Part shown: positions 10,689 to 21,058 of the stretch, piece by piece
Numbering within the stretch: the stretch's first letter is position 1
How the letters are laid out: each line of letters opens with the position of its first letter
NCBI GenBank assembly: GCA_965220375.1
Contig: OZ244824.1
Location: 1,864,406-1,928,405 of the forward strand
Length of the DNA stretch: 64,000 bases
Reading direction: 5' to 3'
Source: Dehalococcoidia bacterium
GTDB lineage: Bacteria > Chloroflexota > Dehalococcoidia > Lucifugimonadales > JAGWBF01
The notes under the pieces: model-generated
The model's database searches: none
What the model was told of the DNA's origin: nothing
Seen by the model: the letters and a program-made list of their open reading frames with translations, nothing else
Made by a program: the position numbers and the translations under genes

Positions 10689-11660
10689 ATGAAGCATCGT
10701 CGCTTCATAGCCTTCGCCATACTCGCAATCCTGGTATTTGCCGGAGTGGCATTCTATGGCGACATCAACGAGACGCTGCACAGGATATATGGGTTCCCCT
10801 TAAAGTATTGGCTGATCGCCCTGGGCCTCGCCTTGGCCAACTATCTGATACGGTGGCTCAGATGGACCTATTACCTTCGGTTGCTGGGGATAAGCATAGG
10901 CCCCGCATCCAGCGCACTCATATTCGCTTCAGGGCTTGCCATGGCCATAAGTCCCGGCCGGCTGGGGGAGTTGACGAAATCCTACTTTCTTAAGGAGCAG
11001 CTGAACATTCCCGTCGCCCGTTCTTCGGCGGCCGTCGTCACCGAACGCTTTACCGACGTAATCGCCGTGCTGCTTCTCAGTACCTGGGGACTGTTTCTTG
11101 TCCCCTATGGCTGGATCGCCTTTCCCATCGTGGTAGCGGGGGCAGGCATGGCGCTGTTCTTCCTAGCTTCTACTTGGGGTGCCAAGGGTCTGAACATGCT
11201 GCCAATACCCCAGGGAGTCAAGTGCTTCCTGGGTACATCAAGGGAAGCCTTTCGGCAGGTGCTGTCCCCAAAGCCGCTGGCGTTGGCGGTGGCGCTGAGC
11301 ATGGTGGCATGGCTGGCTGAGGGCGCGGCCCTGTGGTTCGTGCTCCAGGGTTTGGGGATACCGGCGTCCTTCGGTGCTGCCGTATCCATCTACGCGGCCG
11401 CCACCCTACTGGGAGCATTGACGCTGCTGCCCGGGGGGCTTATAGGCACCGAAGGAAGCATGATAGCATTGTTGCAGCAGCTGAACATCTCGAGCGCCGA
11501 CGCCAGCGCCGGAACGCTCATAATCAGGCTGTGCACGTTGTGGTTCGCCGTAGTCATCGGAGTGTTGGCAATTATGTACCTGTATCTGATGATGTCCAGG
11601 AGAGGCGGCCCCTCCCCTGTGACGGATGGAGCCGAGGAGAGTCTGGTTGATGGCAGCTGA
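10689..11660 (+). CDS. flippase-like (lysylphosphatidylglycerol-synthase TM region / UPF0104) membrane protein
   Basis: Polytopic membrane protein of about 320 aa with the pattern GR.GE..K and LLPGGLIGTEG seen in UPF0104 proteins. Confidence 0.6.
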   Translation: MKHRRFIAFAILAILVFAGVAFYGDINETLHRIYGFPLKYWLIALGLALANYLIRWLRWTYYLRLLGISIGPASSALIFASGLAMAISPGRLGELTKSYFLKEQLNIPVARSSAAVVTERFTDVIAVLLLSTWGLFLVPYGWIAFPIVVAGAGMALFFLASTWGAKGLNMLPIPQGVKCFLGTSREAFRQVLSPKPLALAVALSMVAWLAEGAALWFVLQGLGIPASFGAAVSIYAAATLLGALTLLPGGLIGTEGSMIALLQQLNISSADASAGTLIIRLCTLWFAVVIGVLAIMYLYLMMSRRGGPSPVTDGAEESLVDGS

Positions 11661-12640
11661 TGGCAACATGCCCATCGAGGAGTGGAGGTAGGCGCTTGGC
11701 CGGGTTGCCCAAAGCCCACCACGGAGCAGCTTCTCGCCTGGTGAGTCTGGCCTTGAACTCCCTTCTTTCCGCTCGCCCTGTGCAGTGGACCAAGAGCGTC
11801 ATGGTATTTCTGCCTTTTGCCTTCTCGTTCAACGAGGAGTGGTCCACGGGAGACCTGGGCCGATTCGGCGAGCTTCTGGGCGCAACGGCCCTTGGAGCCG
11901 TGGTGTTCATCGCCCTGTCGGGGGCTGTGTACATCATCAATGACATCTTCGACCGCAAGGGTGACCGGGCCCATCCCAGCAAGAAGCGGCGTCCCATCGC
12001 TTCCGGCTCTCTGCCAGTTGGCGCTGCTATCGGTGTGGCGGTGGTACTTATTGCAGGTTCTATTGCCGGGAGCTATCTGCTAGATATCCGGTTCGGCATC
12101 GTTGCATCGGTGTTCCTTATGCTGAACCTGGCTTACTCGTCCATTATCAAGAGCCTGGTCCTGCTGGACGTTATGCTAGTTGGATCGGGCTATCTGCTGA
12201 GGGTGCTGGGCGGGGCGTTGGTCATCGACGTGGATGTGTCGCCATGGCTCTACACGACCATCGGTTTGGGGGCGCTCTTTATTGCCTTGGGGAAGCGGTA
12301 CAGCGAATTCAAGACCGAGGAGGGCAGCTCCGGCATCCAGCGCTTGGTGCTGCAACGCTACAGCGAACCCCTTCTCTCGCAAATGATCACCGTGACCAGC
12401 ACGGCGACCCTGGTAGCCTACGCCTTGTACACCTTCTCTGCCCCCAATGTGCCCGCCAACCACAGCATGATGCTCACCATCCCCTTTGTTATCTTCGGTT
12501 TGTTCAGGTACCTGTACCTGATTAACCACACCACTGATGCGGAAAGCCCCGAAATGGTGATAATCAAGGACCCGCCCTTGGTGGTGGACCTGCTGCTCTG
12601 GGCGGCAACCACGGGCGCGGTGCTGGCTTTGGGACGCTAA
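11660..12640 (+). CDS. UbiA-family prenyltransferase, decaprenyl-phosphate phosphoribosyltransferase-like
   Basis: NDIFDRKGDRAHPSKKRRPIASG (NDxxDxxxD motif plus the RP.ASG motif of DPPR synthases), multi-TM. The ATG overlaps the upstream stop (TGATG). Confidence 0.7.
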   Translation: MATCPSRSGGRRLAGLPKAHHGAASRLVSLALNSLLSARPVQWTKSVMVFLPFAFSFNEEWSTGDLGRFGELLGATALGAVVFIALSGAVYIINDIFDRKGDRAHPSKKRRPIASGSLPVGAAIGVAVVLIAGSIAGSYLLDIRFGIVASVFLMLNLAYSSIIKSLVLLDVMLVGSGYLLRVLGGALVIDVDVSPWLYTTIGLGALFIALGKRYSEFKTEEGSSGIQRLVLQRYSEPLLSQMITVTSTATLVAYALYTFSAPNVPANHSMMLTIPFVIFGLFRYLYLINHTTDAESPEMVIIKDPPLVVDLLLWAATTGAVLALGR

Positions 12641-12675
12641 AGCCCGACCGGTGGTGGGCGCTCTGGGCAGTAGGG

Positions 12676-13689
12676 TTATGGGGAGAGGGGTGTAGTCGGG
12701 GCCGGCGGGCTCCCGGCAGGACGCCTCTCCAGGATGCCCATCAGGGTGTTTGCCAAGAGTCGGGAGTCGTGGTGAAGGTAAACCCCCGCGGTGAACAGGG
12801 GTTCGTGAACGATGTTCCTTACCAGCTTGCCGCTTTCAGCATCGTCGGTCTCCACTGGGTACTGGCCAAAGGAGCGGTATCTTTCGAGAAGGCGTTCCGG
12901 GTATGGAGCGCTGTTGACGATTAGATAGTCGAGGAGGTCAGAGGTCCCTAAGTACTCCCGTATCAGACCAACAAAGTTGCTGGCCTTGAATCCGTCGGAC
13001 TCGCCGGGCTTGGTCATCAGGTTGCAGATGCATATCTTGGCTGCCTTGGACGCATTGATCGCTTCGGAGATATCTTCCACAAGCAGGTTGGGTAGAATGC
13101 TGGTGTATATGTCGCCCGGTCCCATGATGACTGCGTCGGCTTCCTCGATGGCTTGGATGGCCGGGGGATAAGCATAAGCCTTGGGATTCAGGTAAATGTA
13201 GTCGATGGAAACATCCAAGCTCTCCTGCCGCTCCCCTATTCTTGCCTCGCCTGCCACTTCGGAGCCGTCCTTGAGCCGGGCCACCAGGGAAGAACGGGTC
13301 AGGGTTACGGGGAGCACGTTGCCCCTGATCGACAGCATCTTAGAAGCTTCTTCTATGGCGGTTGCGATGTTGCCGGTTACTTCCGTCAACGCCGTGAGGT
13401 AAAGGTTGCCGAAGCTGTGGCCCTCCAAGCCGTTGCCTGCGCTGAAGCGATAGTCGAAAAGCTGGGCTGTGAGGGCGGGGGAAGGGTCGCTGGATGCCAG
13501 GGCAACCAGGCATTGGCGAATATCTCCCGGTGGCAGAATCCCCAGTTCGTCCCGCAGGCGCCCCGAGCTGCCGCCGCTGTCGGTCATTGCGACAACTGCC
13601 GTCAGGTCGCACTGTTCATGCTTGAGGCCGCTCAAGGTAGCGCGATTGCCGGTGCCGCCGCCGATGACGACGATTTTACGATTGGGCAT
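12676..13689 (-). CDS. YvcK-like gluconeogenesis factor / UPF0052 (CofD-related) protein
   Basis: ORF 12676..13950, with the start moved to ATG 13689 (MPNRKIVVIGGGTGN). Motifs AVVAMTDSGGSSGRLRDELGILPPGDIRQCLVALA. Confidence 0.8.
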   Translation of the reverse strand: MPNRKIVVIGGGTGNRATLSGLKHEQCDLTAVVAMTDSGGSSGRLRDELGILPPGDIRQCLVALASSDPSPALTAQLFDYRFSAGNGLEGHSFGNLYLTALTEVTGNIATAIEEASKMLSIRGNVLPVTLTRSSLVARLKDGSEVAGEARIGERQESLDVSIDYIYLNPKAYAYPPAIQAIEEADAVIMGPGDIYTSILPNLLVEDISEAINASKAAKICICNLMTKPGESDGFKASNFVGLIREYLGTSDLLDYLIVNSAPYPERLLERYRSFGQYPVETDDAESGKLVRNIVHEPLFTAGVYLHHDSRLLANTLMGILERRPAGSPPAPTTPLSP

Positions 13690-13896
13690 GGAAGGAGTTC
13701 CCCCGATACGGACCTTCGCGGCCGGGACAAGAGGTGCAGGCTGCCAAGCTAGGGTCAGTATATTTTTGGGCCTGCGCCAAGTCAAGGTTAAGCACCGAGT
13801 CTGTGTTGTTTCCTTGCCTTGGAAAGGGCTTGGCTCTAGACTGGCATTAAAGGAGGTGGATGTGTCCTGTACCCTGTCGCGGGTGGGGCAGCCGAG

Positions 13897-14877
13897 TTGA
13901 CATATGCAAGGGCGCTGGTCACAGGCGGGGCCGGGTTCATAGGCTCCCATCTTTGCGACGAGCTTCTGGACAGGGGGAATCAGGTCACGGCCGTAGATAA
14001 TCTATCCACGGGCAGCTATGCCAACATCGTCCACCTTGAGGGCAACCCCGGCTTCAGGTTTCTTGAAGCTGACGTGCTGAACAAGGAGGAGCTGGGAGCT
14101 GAGGCGGAGAAGGCCGACGTGATATACCATTTGGCGGCTGCAGTGGGCGTTGGATACATACACAGCCATGGGGTTTCCTCTTTGGAAACTAACGTTGCAG
14201 GGACCAGCAACGTATTGCAGCTGGCCAGCTTCCTTGGCAAAAAAGTTGTCTTGGCCTCCAGTTCCGAGGTGTACGGCAAGTCTCAATCTCTTCCCTACCA
14301 TGAGAGCAGCGATGCGTTGATGGGCCCCACGAGCATTCCCAGGTGGAGCTATGCGTACGCCAAGGCTCTAGATGAATTCATGGCCCTTGCATACCGCAGG
14401 GAACAAGGCCTGCCCATCGTTGTCCTCAGGCTGTTCAACACCGTTGGACCCCGTCAGACGGGGCGCTACGGAATGGTAATGCCGCGATTTGCGAGGCAGG
14501 CAATAGCAGGGGAACCCATCACCGTCTATGGCGACGGGCTTCAGAAGCGCAGTTTTACATATGTGAAAGATGTGGCAGGCGCCATGGCCGATATTGCGGG
14601 AGTGCCCTCCGCCGAAGGGGAAGTGTTCAACGTCGGAAGCACTTCCGAGATAAGCATCTTGGAACTGGCCAAGCTGGTGCGCCAGGTTTCGTGCAGCAGC
14701 TCTGAGATAGTCCGCGTGCCCTTTGCCCAGGTTTACGGAGAGGACTTCGAAGAGCCTGCTCGTCGATTGCCGGCAATCGGCAAGATTCAGGGGTACATCA
14801 GCTATAACCCCACCACCTCTATATCGTCGATGATTGAGAAGGTGGTCGAGATCATCCGTTTGGAAGAAGGCAGGTAG
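13897..14877 (+). CDS. NAD-dependent epimerase/dehydratase (UDP-sugar decarboxylase/epimerase-like SDR)
   Basis: TGGAGFIGSHL Rossmann motif and YAYAK catalytic YxxxK. TTG start at 13897. Confidence 0.8.
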   Translation: MTYARALVTGGAGFIGSHLCDELLDRGNQVTAVDNLSTGSYANIVHLEGNPGFRFLEADVLNKEELGAEAEKADVIYHLAAAVGVGYIHSHGVSSLETNVAGTSNVLQLASFLGKKVVLASSSEVYGKSQSLPYHESSDALMGPTSIPRWSYAYAKALDEFMALAYRREQGLPIVVLRLFNTVGPRQTGRYGMVMPRFARQAIAGEPITVYGDGLQKRSFTYVKDVAGAMADIAGVPSAEGEVFNVGSTSEISILELAKLVRQVSCSSSEIVRVPFAQVYGEDFEEPARRLPAIGKIQGYISYNPTTSISSMIEKVVEIIRLEEGR

Positions 14878-14885
14878 CAGGTACC

Positions 14886-16202
14886 TTGGAGCAGCGGGCG
14901 ACGGAAGGACTGAAGGGCAGAATAGCACACCGTACGGCGAGAGTTTGTGTCGTGGGCCTTGGGTACGTAGGGCTCCCCACGATGGTGGCCATTGCTCGAG
15001 CAGGCTTTGCAACCACCGGCATCGATCTGAATGGGTGGAGAGTGGGAGAGGTGAATGCCGGTCGGAGCTATATAGATGATGTGTCGGATGAAACGCTGGC
15101 TTTCTTGTTGGAGCAAGGGAAGGTCGGAGCTACATCCTTCTATGATGAGGCTGCTGAGAGCGATGTGTTGGTGGTCTGTGTTCCCACGCCAGTTGATGCG
15201 CACAAAGAGCCGGACTTGGCCCCTCTTCAAAGCACAGTTGAGCAGCTCGCTGAACATATGACCGGCGAGCAGCTGCTGCTCCTTCAAAGCACAACCTTTC
15301 CTGGGACTACCGAGGAGGTGGTCCTGCCCCAGCTCCAATCACCTGGCAGGCAGGTGGGCAAAGACTTCTATCTTGCTTTTTCACCGGAGCGCATTGACCC
15401 AGGCAACCAAGCCCACTCTATGACGGATATCCCCAAGGTTGTGGGCGGAGTTACCGGCAGGTGCACCACTATGGCGTCTGCCTTCCTGGAAACCTTTGTA
15501 GATGTGGTGGTCCCGGTTAGCACTCCGCGAGTAGCTGAGATGACAAAGCTGCTGGAGAACGTATTCAGAAGTGTGAACATCGCCCTCGTCAACGAACTAT
15601 CGGAGCTTGGCAATCGCATGGGGATCGATATAAGGGAGGTTATAGAGGCGGCTTCCACCAAGCCCTTCGGTTACATGCCCTTCTATCCTGGCGTGGGGGT
15701 TGGGGGCCACTGCATCCCCGTCGATCCCTTCTATTTGTCGTGGAAAGCCAGGGAGTACGATTTCTACGTCAACTTCATAGACCTGGCGGCCAAGACAAAC
15801 GATAATCGTCCCTACTATGTGGTATCCAAGATCGGAGATGTGCTGGGAGAGCGCGGCAAGACGATCAAGAACACCCGGCTATTGCTGCTGGGGGTGTCCT
15901 TCAAGGAAGACATCCAGGACACGAGGAACTCACCCTCGCTGCAGATAGCGGAAATGCTGGCCCAGCGGGGCGCCGCTGTGACCTACAGCGACGGATATGT
16001 GCCTGAGGTGTTCATAGGAGACCTCAGGCTCGAAAGCATCGATCTGGACGAACGGGTCTTGATGGAGCAAGATGCGGTCGTAGTCCTGGTAGGCCATAGC
16101 TACTACGATTGGCTAAGCATCGTCAATCAGAGTCAGCTGGTCATCGATGCTCGGGGGTCGCTGCGCTCTTTGGGTCCAAAGGCGAACGTAGTGGCAATTT
16201 AG
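14886..16202 (+). CDS. nucleotide-sugar dehydrogenase (UDP-N-acetyl-hexosamine dehydrogenase, WecC/TviB-like)
   Basis: VCVVGLGYVGLP, FSPERIDPGN and GVGGHCIPVDP motifs. Length 438 aa. Confidence 0.85.
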   Translation: MEQRATEGLKGRIAHRTARVCVVGLGYVGLPTMVAIARAGFATTGIDLNGWRVGEVNAGRSYIDDVSDETLAFLLEQGKVGATSFYDEAAESDVLVVCVPTPVDAHKEPDLAPLQSTVEQLAEHMTGEQLLLLQSTTFPGTTEEVVLPQLQSPGRQVGKDFYLAFSPERIDPGNQAHSMTDIPKVVGGVTGRCTTMASAFLETFVDVVVPVSTPRVAEMTKLLENVFRSVNIALVNELSELGNRMGIDIREVIEAASTKPFGYMPFYPGVGVGGHCIPVDPFYLSWKAREYDFYVNFIDLAAKTNDNRPYYVVSKIGDVLGERGKTIKNTRLLLLGVSFKEDIQDTRNSPSLQIAEMLAQRGAAVTYSDGYVPEVFIGDLRLESIDLDERVLMEQDAVVVLVGHSYYDWLSIVNQSQLVIDARGSLRSLGPKANVVAI

Positions 16203-16266
16203 ACGCGTCTCCAAGTGATATAATCTTAGTAGCGATATCTACCGTAACGAGGTTTGCCGCGCGACT

Positions 16267-16863
16267 ATGGGCACAAACGAGTACTTCTATATAGCCATCG
16301 CCTTGTTTGCCAGGTCATTTGTGGGAGCCATCCTGGCCCTTATCTTTGGGGCCTTGGGGTATGTGTCCTGGTTCGGACTGAGGTACCTGCTCTCTGAGTA
16401 TTGGGCGTGGATAATTGCCGAGTGGCACTACGAACTATGGATCGGCGCCGGCGCTGCCGTAGGCGCTTATCTTGCGTGGCTCATCATCCGTCAGGATTTG
16501 GCTGTGCTGACCTTAAAAGCCCCCGAATACGTTTCGGGCCTCCTGAGCAGGGCTTGGGGGAACAGGCCTTCCATCTCCTTACTCAAACCCTTGAGTGAAG
16601 ATTGGGTTGGCAAGTCTATCAGGCTGGTTACCAGTCGATTCTGGGCAACCATCGCCATCTCTGCCATACCGATTATCGCTTTGGGCTTCCTTGGTGCGTG
16701 GGGAGGCTTCGAATGGCAGGAAGGCAAGGGCGTGCCTGCCGGTTACGCATCCCGGATCACGACTCCCCCAATTCAGGCCACCATTTTTGGTGCAGCCCTG
16801 GTTGCGAATGTCGTCCTGTTCGTCCTTGGGGTGATTCACCAGGTGCGAAACCAGGGCAGATAG
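16267..16863 (+). CDS. hypothetical membrane protein
   Basis: 198-aa ORF with 5-6 predicted hydrophobic helices and no recognisable motif. Coding status is inferred from the ORF length and its fit between neighbouring genes. Confidence 0.45.
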   Translation: MGTNEYFYIAIALFARSFVGAILALIFGALGYVSWFGLRYLLSEYWAWIIAEWHYELWIGAGAAVGAYLAWLIIRQDLAVLTLKAPEYVSGLLSRAWGNRPSISLLKPLSEDWVGKSIRLVTSRFWATIAISAIPIIALGFLGAWGGFEWQEGKGVPAGYASRITTPPIQATIFGAALVANVVLFVLGVIHQVRNQGR

Positions 16864-16867
16864 CGAG

Positions 16868-17869
16868 TCACCAGACCGGGGCGACAACCAGCGCTCCCAC
16901 CGCCAAGGTCCCCAACTCCACAGGTATCTGGCTCCACGAGCAGCCCCGGTCGCTGCTGCAATAGATCTTCCCGGAATCGGTGCCGGCATACACCCTGGAC
17001 GGCTCTTCCGGGTCCCAATCGATGGCTACGACCATATCGTCAAGGGAACCGACCTCTTGGACCAGACCCCAGCGCTTTCCTCCATCTTCCGAGCGATAGA
17101 ACTGGGGTTCGGAGCGACCCGCGCTTCTTGACACAGTGACCAGCACCAAGTCGGGGTTATCGTAGGCTGATGCTATGTGCAGGGTATAGGTGCGGCTCAG
17201 CCCGCTGTCCAGTGGCTCCCAGCTTCTGCCGCCATCGTCGCTGCGATAGGGTCCGCGGGCGGTGGCGATGTACACCCGGCCGGGGAGGGAGGGGGCGGGG
17301 TTGATGCAATGAATATCCGGGTCCGGCCCGGTGCACTGTTCCCAGCTCCTGCCCCCATCCGTCGAACGAATGACACCTCCCACCTCGATTCCCGCATACA
17401 GAATGCCTGCGTCGTGGGGCGTCGTCCTCAGGTCGCGGACGTGGGAGTCCCGGGTTTCGGAGTGGAAGGACCATTGACTTGACTCAGGCACTGCCCGGAA
17501 ACCCGGGCAGCTCTCCCAGGTCTCTCCCCCGTCGCAGGACCGGAATACGTCGGCGGGTTCGCTGCCGACGTATAGGGTGTCGGCATCCAAGGAATCGGCC
17601 AGCACACTATGGGCGTAGCTGGTGGGGTAAGAGGGCAAGTTGCGCCAGGTCTGCCCGCCGTCGTCCGTCCGGTACACCCCGGACTCGTAGGCGGCCAGGT
17701 ATGCCCGCTGGGGGTTGGCGTTGGACCAGGAGAAGCGGGATGCAGCATGCTGCAATGGCGTAACCGGTCCCTGGCTCCAGCCATCTTTCCCGCCGGATTC
17801 GAGCAGGGCGCACACCCCATCGTGCATCCCGGCATACAGCTTTCTAGCGCTGCTCTGGGAGGTGGACAT
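16868..17869 (-). CDS. BNR/Asp-box repeat beta-propeller protein (sialidase-fold / Ycf48-like)
   Basis: Six SxDxGxxW Asp-boxes: TDDGGQTW, SCDGGETW, STDGGRSW, SDDGGRSW, SEDGGKRW, SSDRGCSW. The start was moved to ATG 17869 (AAGGAAG RBS). Confidence 0.75.
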   Translation of the reverse strand: MSTSQSSARKLYAGMHDGVCALLESGGKDGWSQGPVTPLQHAASRFSWSNANPQRAYLAAYESGVYRTDDGGQTWRNLPSYPTSYAHSVLADSLDADTLYVGSEPADVFRSCDGGETWESCPGFRAVPESSQWSFHSETRDSHVRDLRTTPHDAGILYAGIEVGGVIRSTDGGRSWEQCTGPDPDIHCINPAPSLPGRVYIATARGPYRSDDGGRSWEPLDSGLSRTYTLHIASAYDNPDLVLVTVSRSAGRSEPQFYRSEDGGKRWGLVQEVGSLDDMVVAIDWDPEEPSRVYAGTDSGKIYCSSDRGCSWSQIPVELGTLAVGALVVAPVW

Positions 17870-18024
17870 GGCAACTTCCTTTCGAGAGGGTGAATTGGAA
17901 AGGCATACCGTTCGGTACCCGCGGGCCGTCATCCAAAAAGAGGGAAGCCAGCATGGAGCAACTGATGGCTGCCCGACGTGCTGGCTTCCGGCTCTTCTTC
18001 GGTTTTGTGGGACCTCGGCTTACT

Positions 18025-18495
18025 CTAGTCGGACACCTCGAAGATGCCCTCGATCTCCACCGGGATGCCATTGGGCAGGCTGCCCATACCCACAGCGGAG
18101 CGGCCGTGCTTCCCGTCCTCACCCCAGAGGCTGATGAATAGGTCCGAGCAGCCGTTGGCAACCTTGGGAGTCTCGCCGAACTCGGGGTCGCAGTTGATCA
18201 TGGACAGCAGTTTCACAACCCGCTTTACCTTGTCCAGGTCCCCGAGTTCTGCCTTGATGTTGGTCAGCAGACTGAGACCCACCGCCTTGGCGGCTTCGTA
18301 GCCCTGCTCAGTGGTCAGGTCCCGTCCTAGCTTGCCCTTCCAGGGTGTCTGGCCTTCGGCCACCCGGGGGCCTGTTCCCGACATGAACAGTAGGTTGCCC
18401 ACACGGACTCCACGGGCGCCAAAGGGACCCGGAGGGCCGGGGGGAAGCAAAGATAGACCCATTCCTTCCAGTTTCTTCTCGATTTCACCTGCCAT
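18025..18495 (-). CDS. RidA/YjgF family protein
   Basis: ORF 18025..18591, with the start moved to ATG 18495 (GGAGGTG RBS). About 155 aa, with a C-terminal PVEIEGIFEV typical of the family. Confidence 0.7.
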   Translation of the reverse strand: MAGEIEKKLEGMGLSLLPPGPPGPFGARGVRVGNLLFMSGTGPRVAEGQTPWKGKLGRDLTTEQGYEAAKAVGLSLLTNIKAELGDLDKVKRVVKLLSMINCDPEFGETPKVANGCSDLFISLWGEDGKHGRSAVGMGSLPNGIPVEIEGIFEVSD

Positions 18496-18731
18496 CGTTA
18501 CACCTCCATGAAAATAGGGTACTCCATTGACGCTCGAAATCTGAGACTCTGACCTCGCGGCATCCAGCCTATGGACCGGACCGAAGGACAACGGCAGTAT
18601 TTTAATTCAAGTGGGAAGGCATGGCAATCCCCTGCGTCGCTGGGGGGCAGCACCCCACTGTACTCTTGAAACGGCACCTTACTGAATGTAAAATCCAGCT
18701 TCAGACTTTCAGGTCAGGCAGGAGGTGCCAG

Positions 18732-20471
18732 ATGCCCCCAAAGGGAATTCCCTCGTACCGCGCCCCATTCATGGGCACCGTCCACATGGTATCTACAGGC
18801 CACTATCTGGCGTCGATGGCCGGCTACCGTATTCTCGAACAGGGTGGAAATGCCATCGATGCAGGCGTGGCTGCAGGTATCTCCTTAAACGTGGTCGTCA
18901 GCGAGCAGACTTCCTTTGGCGGTGTTGCTCCCATCATGGTTTACCGGGCCGACACGGGTCAGGTCAGGACCATCAGCGGTATCGGGCGATGGCCCGCCTC
19001 CACGGACTTGGATGAGTTCAAGAGGGAGCATAAGGGAGCGATCCCCCCAGGCATCGTCCGGACCGTCACCCCAAGCTCCTGCGACGCATGGCTTACCGCC
19101 CTGCAGCAGTTCGGCACGATGACCTTCGAGCAGGTGTCCGCACCAGCCATAGAGCTTGCCGACAAGGGGTTCCCCTGTTCCGTCCGCATGGCGAGGATGA
19201 TCAACCGCCAGCAGGCCTTCATGGGACAGTTCCCCAGCACAGTGGAGGTGTATATGCCCCAGGGCAGACCTCCCAATCCCGGAGAGATTCTCCGCTTGAA
19301 GGACCTGGCGTCAACCTTCAGCAAGATGGTCGAAGAGGAGAGGGCCAACTCTCACAAGGGCCGTGAGGGCGCCATACAGGCCGCCAGGAACCTGTTCTAC
19401 AAGGGAGAGTTGGCGGAAACCATGACCCGCTTCTGCCAGGAGATGGGCGGAAAGCTGACTATGCAAGACATGGCTGAGTTTCATGTGGGTGTGGATGAAC
19501 CTCAAGTAGGGAGCTATAAGGACTACACCCTGTACTCTTGCGGGCCTTGGTGCCAGGGTCCAGCCTTCGTAGAGATGATGCACATCCTCGAGGGATATGA
19601 CATAGAGGCGATGGGGCTGAACTCAGCCCAGTACATCCATACCATCGTGGAGGCTATGAAACTCTCCTTCTCCGATCGCCACGAATACTACGGCGACCCG
19701 GACTTCGAGGATGTTCCCATTGCCGGGCTGCTGTCCAAGTCCTATGCGGAGGAGCGCAGGGCAGCTATCGACCTGAAGAGAGCATGGCCGGAAATGCCTC
19801 CGGCGGGAGACCCATGGCCCCACCAGGGAAGCGTCCGGACCAAGGATCTCCTAGTGGCTGCTGCTCCCAACTATGGCAGACGGGAGATAGACACCAGCTA
19901 CTGTGCCGTGGTGGACCAATGGGGCAACGCCTTTTCGGCTGCCACCAGCGACGGCCCCCACATGAACCCTGTCGTTAAGGGTACGGGCATTGCCCTGAGC
20001 GCCCGGGGAGGCCAGAGCTGGGTGGACGCTGAGCACCCAGCTCGCTTGGGCGCCGGCCGGCGTCCGAGACTTACTCCCCAGGCCGCCATGATCTTCAAGG
20101 ACGGACAGCTTTACATGCCCTTTGGCACCCCCGGCGAAGATATGCAGCTCCAAGCCATGGTGCAGATGTTCCTGAACTTGGCGGAGTTTGGGCTCGATCC
20201 CCAGCAGGCTACCGAGGAGCCCAGGGTGCGCTCCGACAGCTTCCCCCTTACATACCATCCCCATATCTACAAACCTGGGGAACTGGTGCTGGAGGGCAGG
20301 ATTGACGAAGAGGCCGCCCGCGGCCTGGAGGAGTTGGGCCACAAGGTCAACTGGACCGATGATTGGACCATAGACAACGGGGCCATCTCAGCCATTGTCG
20401 TCGACCGGGGGCGGGGCATTCTCATAGGCGGCGCCGATCCTCGCCGGGCAAACTACGCTGTCGGCTGGTAG
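18732..20471 (+). CDS. gamma-glutamyltransferase family protein
   Basis: ORF 18621..20471, with the start moved to ATG 18732 (GGAGG RBS at 18721). Motifs: autoprocessing/nucleophile region DTSYCAVVDQWGNA, GGADPRR. Confidence 0.85.
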   Translation: MPPKGIPSYRAPFMGTVHMVSTGHYLASMAGYRILEQGGNAIDAGVAAGISLNVVVSEQTSFGGVAPIMVYRADTGQVRTISGIGRWPASTDLDEFKREHKGAIPPGIVRTVTPSSCDAWLTALQQFGTMTFEQVSAPAIELADKGFPCSVRMARMINRQQAFMGQFPSTVEVYMPQGRPPNPGEILRLKDLASTFSKMVEEERANSHKGREGAIQAARNLFYKGELAETMTRFCQEMGGKLTMQDMAEFHVGVDEPQVGSYKDYTLYSCGPWCQGPAFVEMMHILEGYDIEAMGLNSAQYIHTIVEAMKLSFSDRHEYYGDPDFEDVPIAGLLSKSYAEERRAAIDLKRAWPEMPPAGDPWPHQGSVRTKDLLVAAAPNYGRREIDTSYCAVVDQWGNAFSAATSDGPHMNPVVKGTGIALSARGGQSWVDAEHPARLGAGRRPRLTPQAAMIFKDGQLYMPFGTPGEDMQLQAMVQMFLNLAEFGLDPQQATEEPRVRSDSFPLTYHPHIYKPGELVLEGRIDEEAARGLEELGHKVNWTDDWTIDNGAISAIVVDRGRGILIGGADPRRANYAVGW

Positions 20472-20593
20472 CCTACCCACCCCTTTCGATCCTTGACGCT
20501 TCTAATGGGCGGTGGGTAGAATGGGCACCTGCGTTGCCAGCTATTCGTCAGCGGTGGGACCCGCATGGTCTTACCTTGTCAAGGAGGAGAGTG

Positions 20594-21028
20594 ATGGTCC
20601 AAGACAGGCGTGCCAGGGTGCCCCAACGAACCATGAACCAGGAGCTTGCCGAGAAGGTGGTCAAGGCCGCCCAGGACAAGGCGGCCGAGCTGGGAATCAC
20701 GATGAGTGTGGCTGTGGTGGATGAGAGCGGCAACATGGTCTATTTCGTCCGGGGCGACACCGCCAGCTTCATCACCTTCGAGACAGCCCGCGGTAAAGCC
20801 ATTATGGCGGCAGGCTTCAGGAGGCCCACCCACGAGATGATGGAAGGTGTGCGCAACAACGTGGCCTTCTGGTCCGGATTGGCGGAAAAGCTGAAGATGC
20901 AGCCCGGCGGGGGAGGTCATCCCCTCACCCTCGATGGATATATTATTGGTGGGGTTGGCTGCGGTGGAGGCATCGGAGAGCAGGATGAGCTTTGCTCCGA
21001 AGCCGGGGCCGAAGCGGTCAACACCTAG
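20594..21028 (+). CDS. GlcG/HbpS-like (DUF336) heme-binding protein
   Basis: ORF 20363..21028, with the start moved to ATG 20594 (AAGGAGGA RBS at 20581). Motifs SVAVVDESGNMVYF.RGD and GGVGCGGG. Confidence 0.7.
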   Translation: MVQDRRARVPQRTMNQELAEKVVKAAQDKAAELGITMSVAVVDESGNMVYFVRGDTASFITFETARGKAIMAAGFRRPTHEMMEGVRNNVAFWSGLAEKLKMQPGGGGHPLTLDGYIIGGVGCGGGIGEQDELCSEAGAEAVNT

Positions 21029-21058
21029 GAACAGACCTCTCAAGACAGGAGTGAAATT

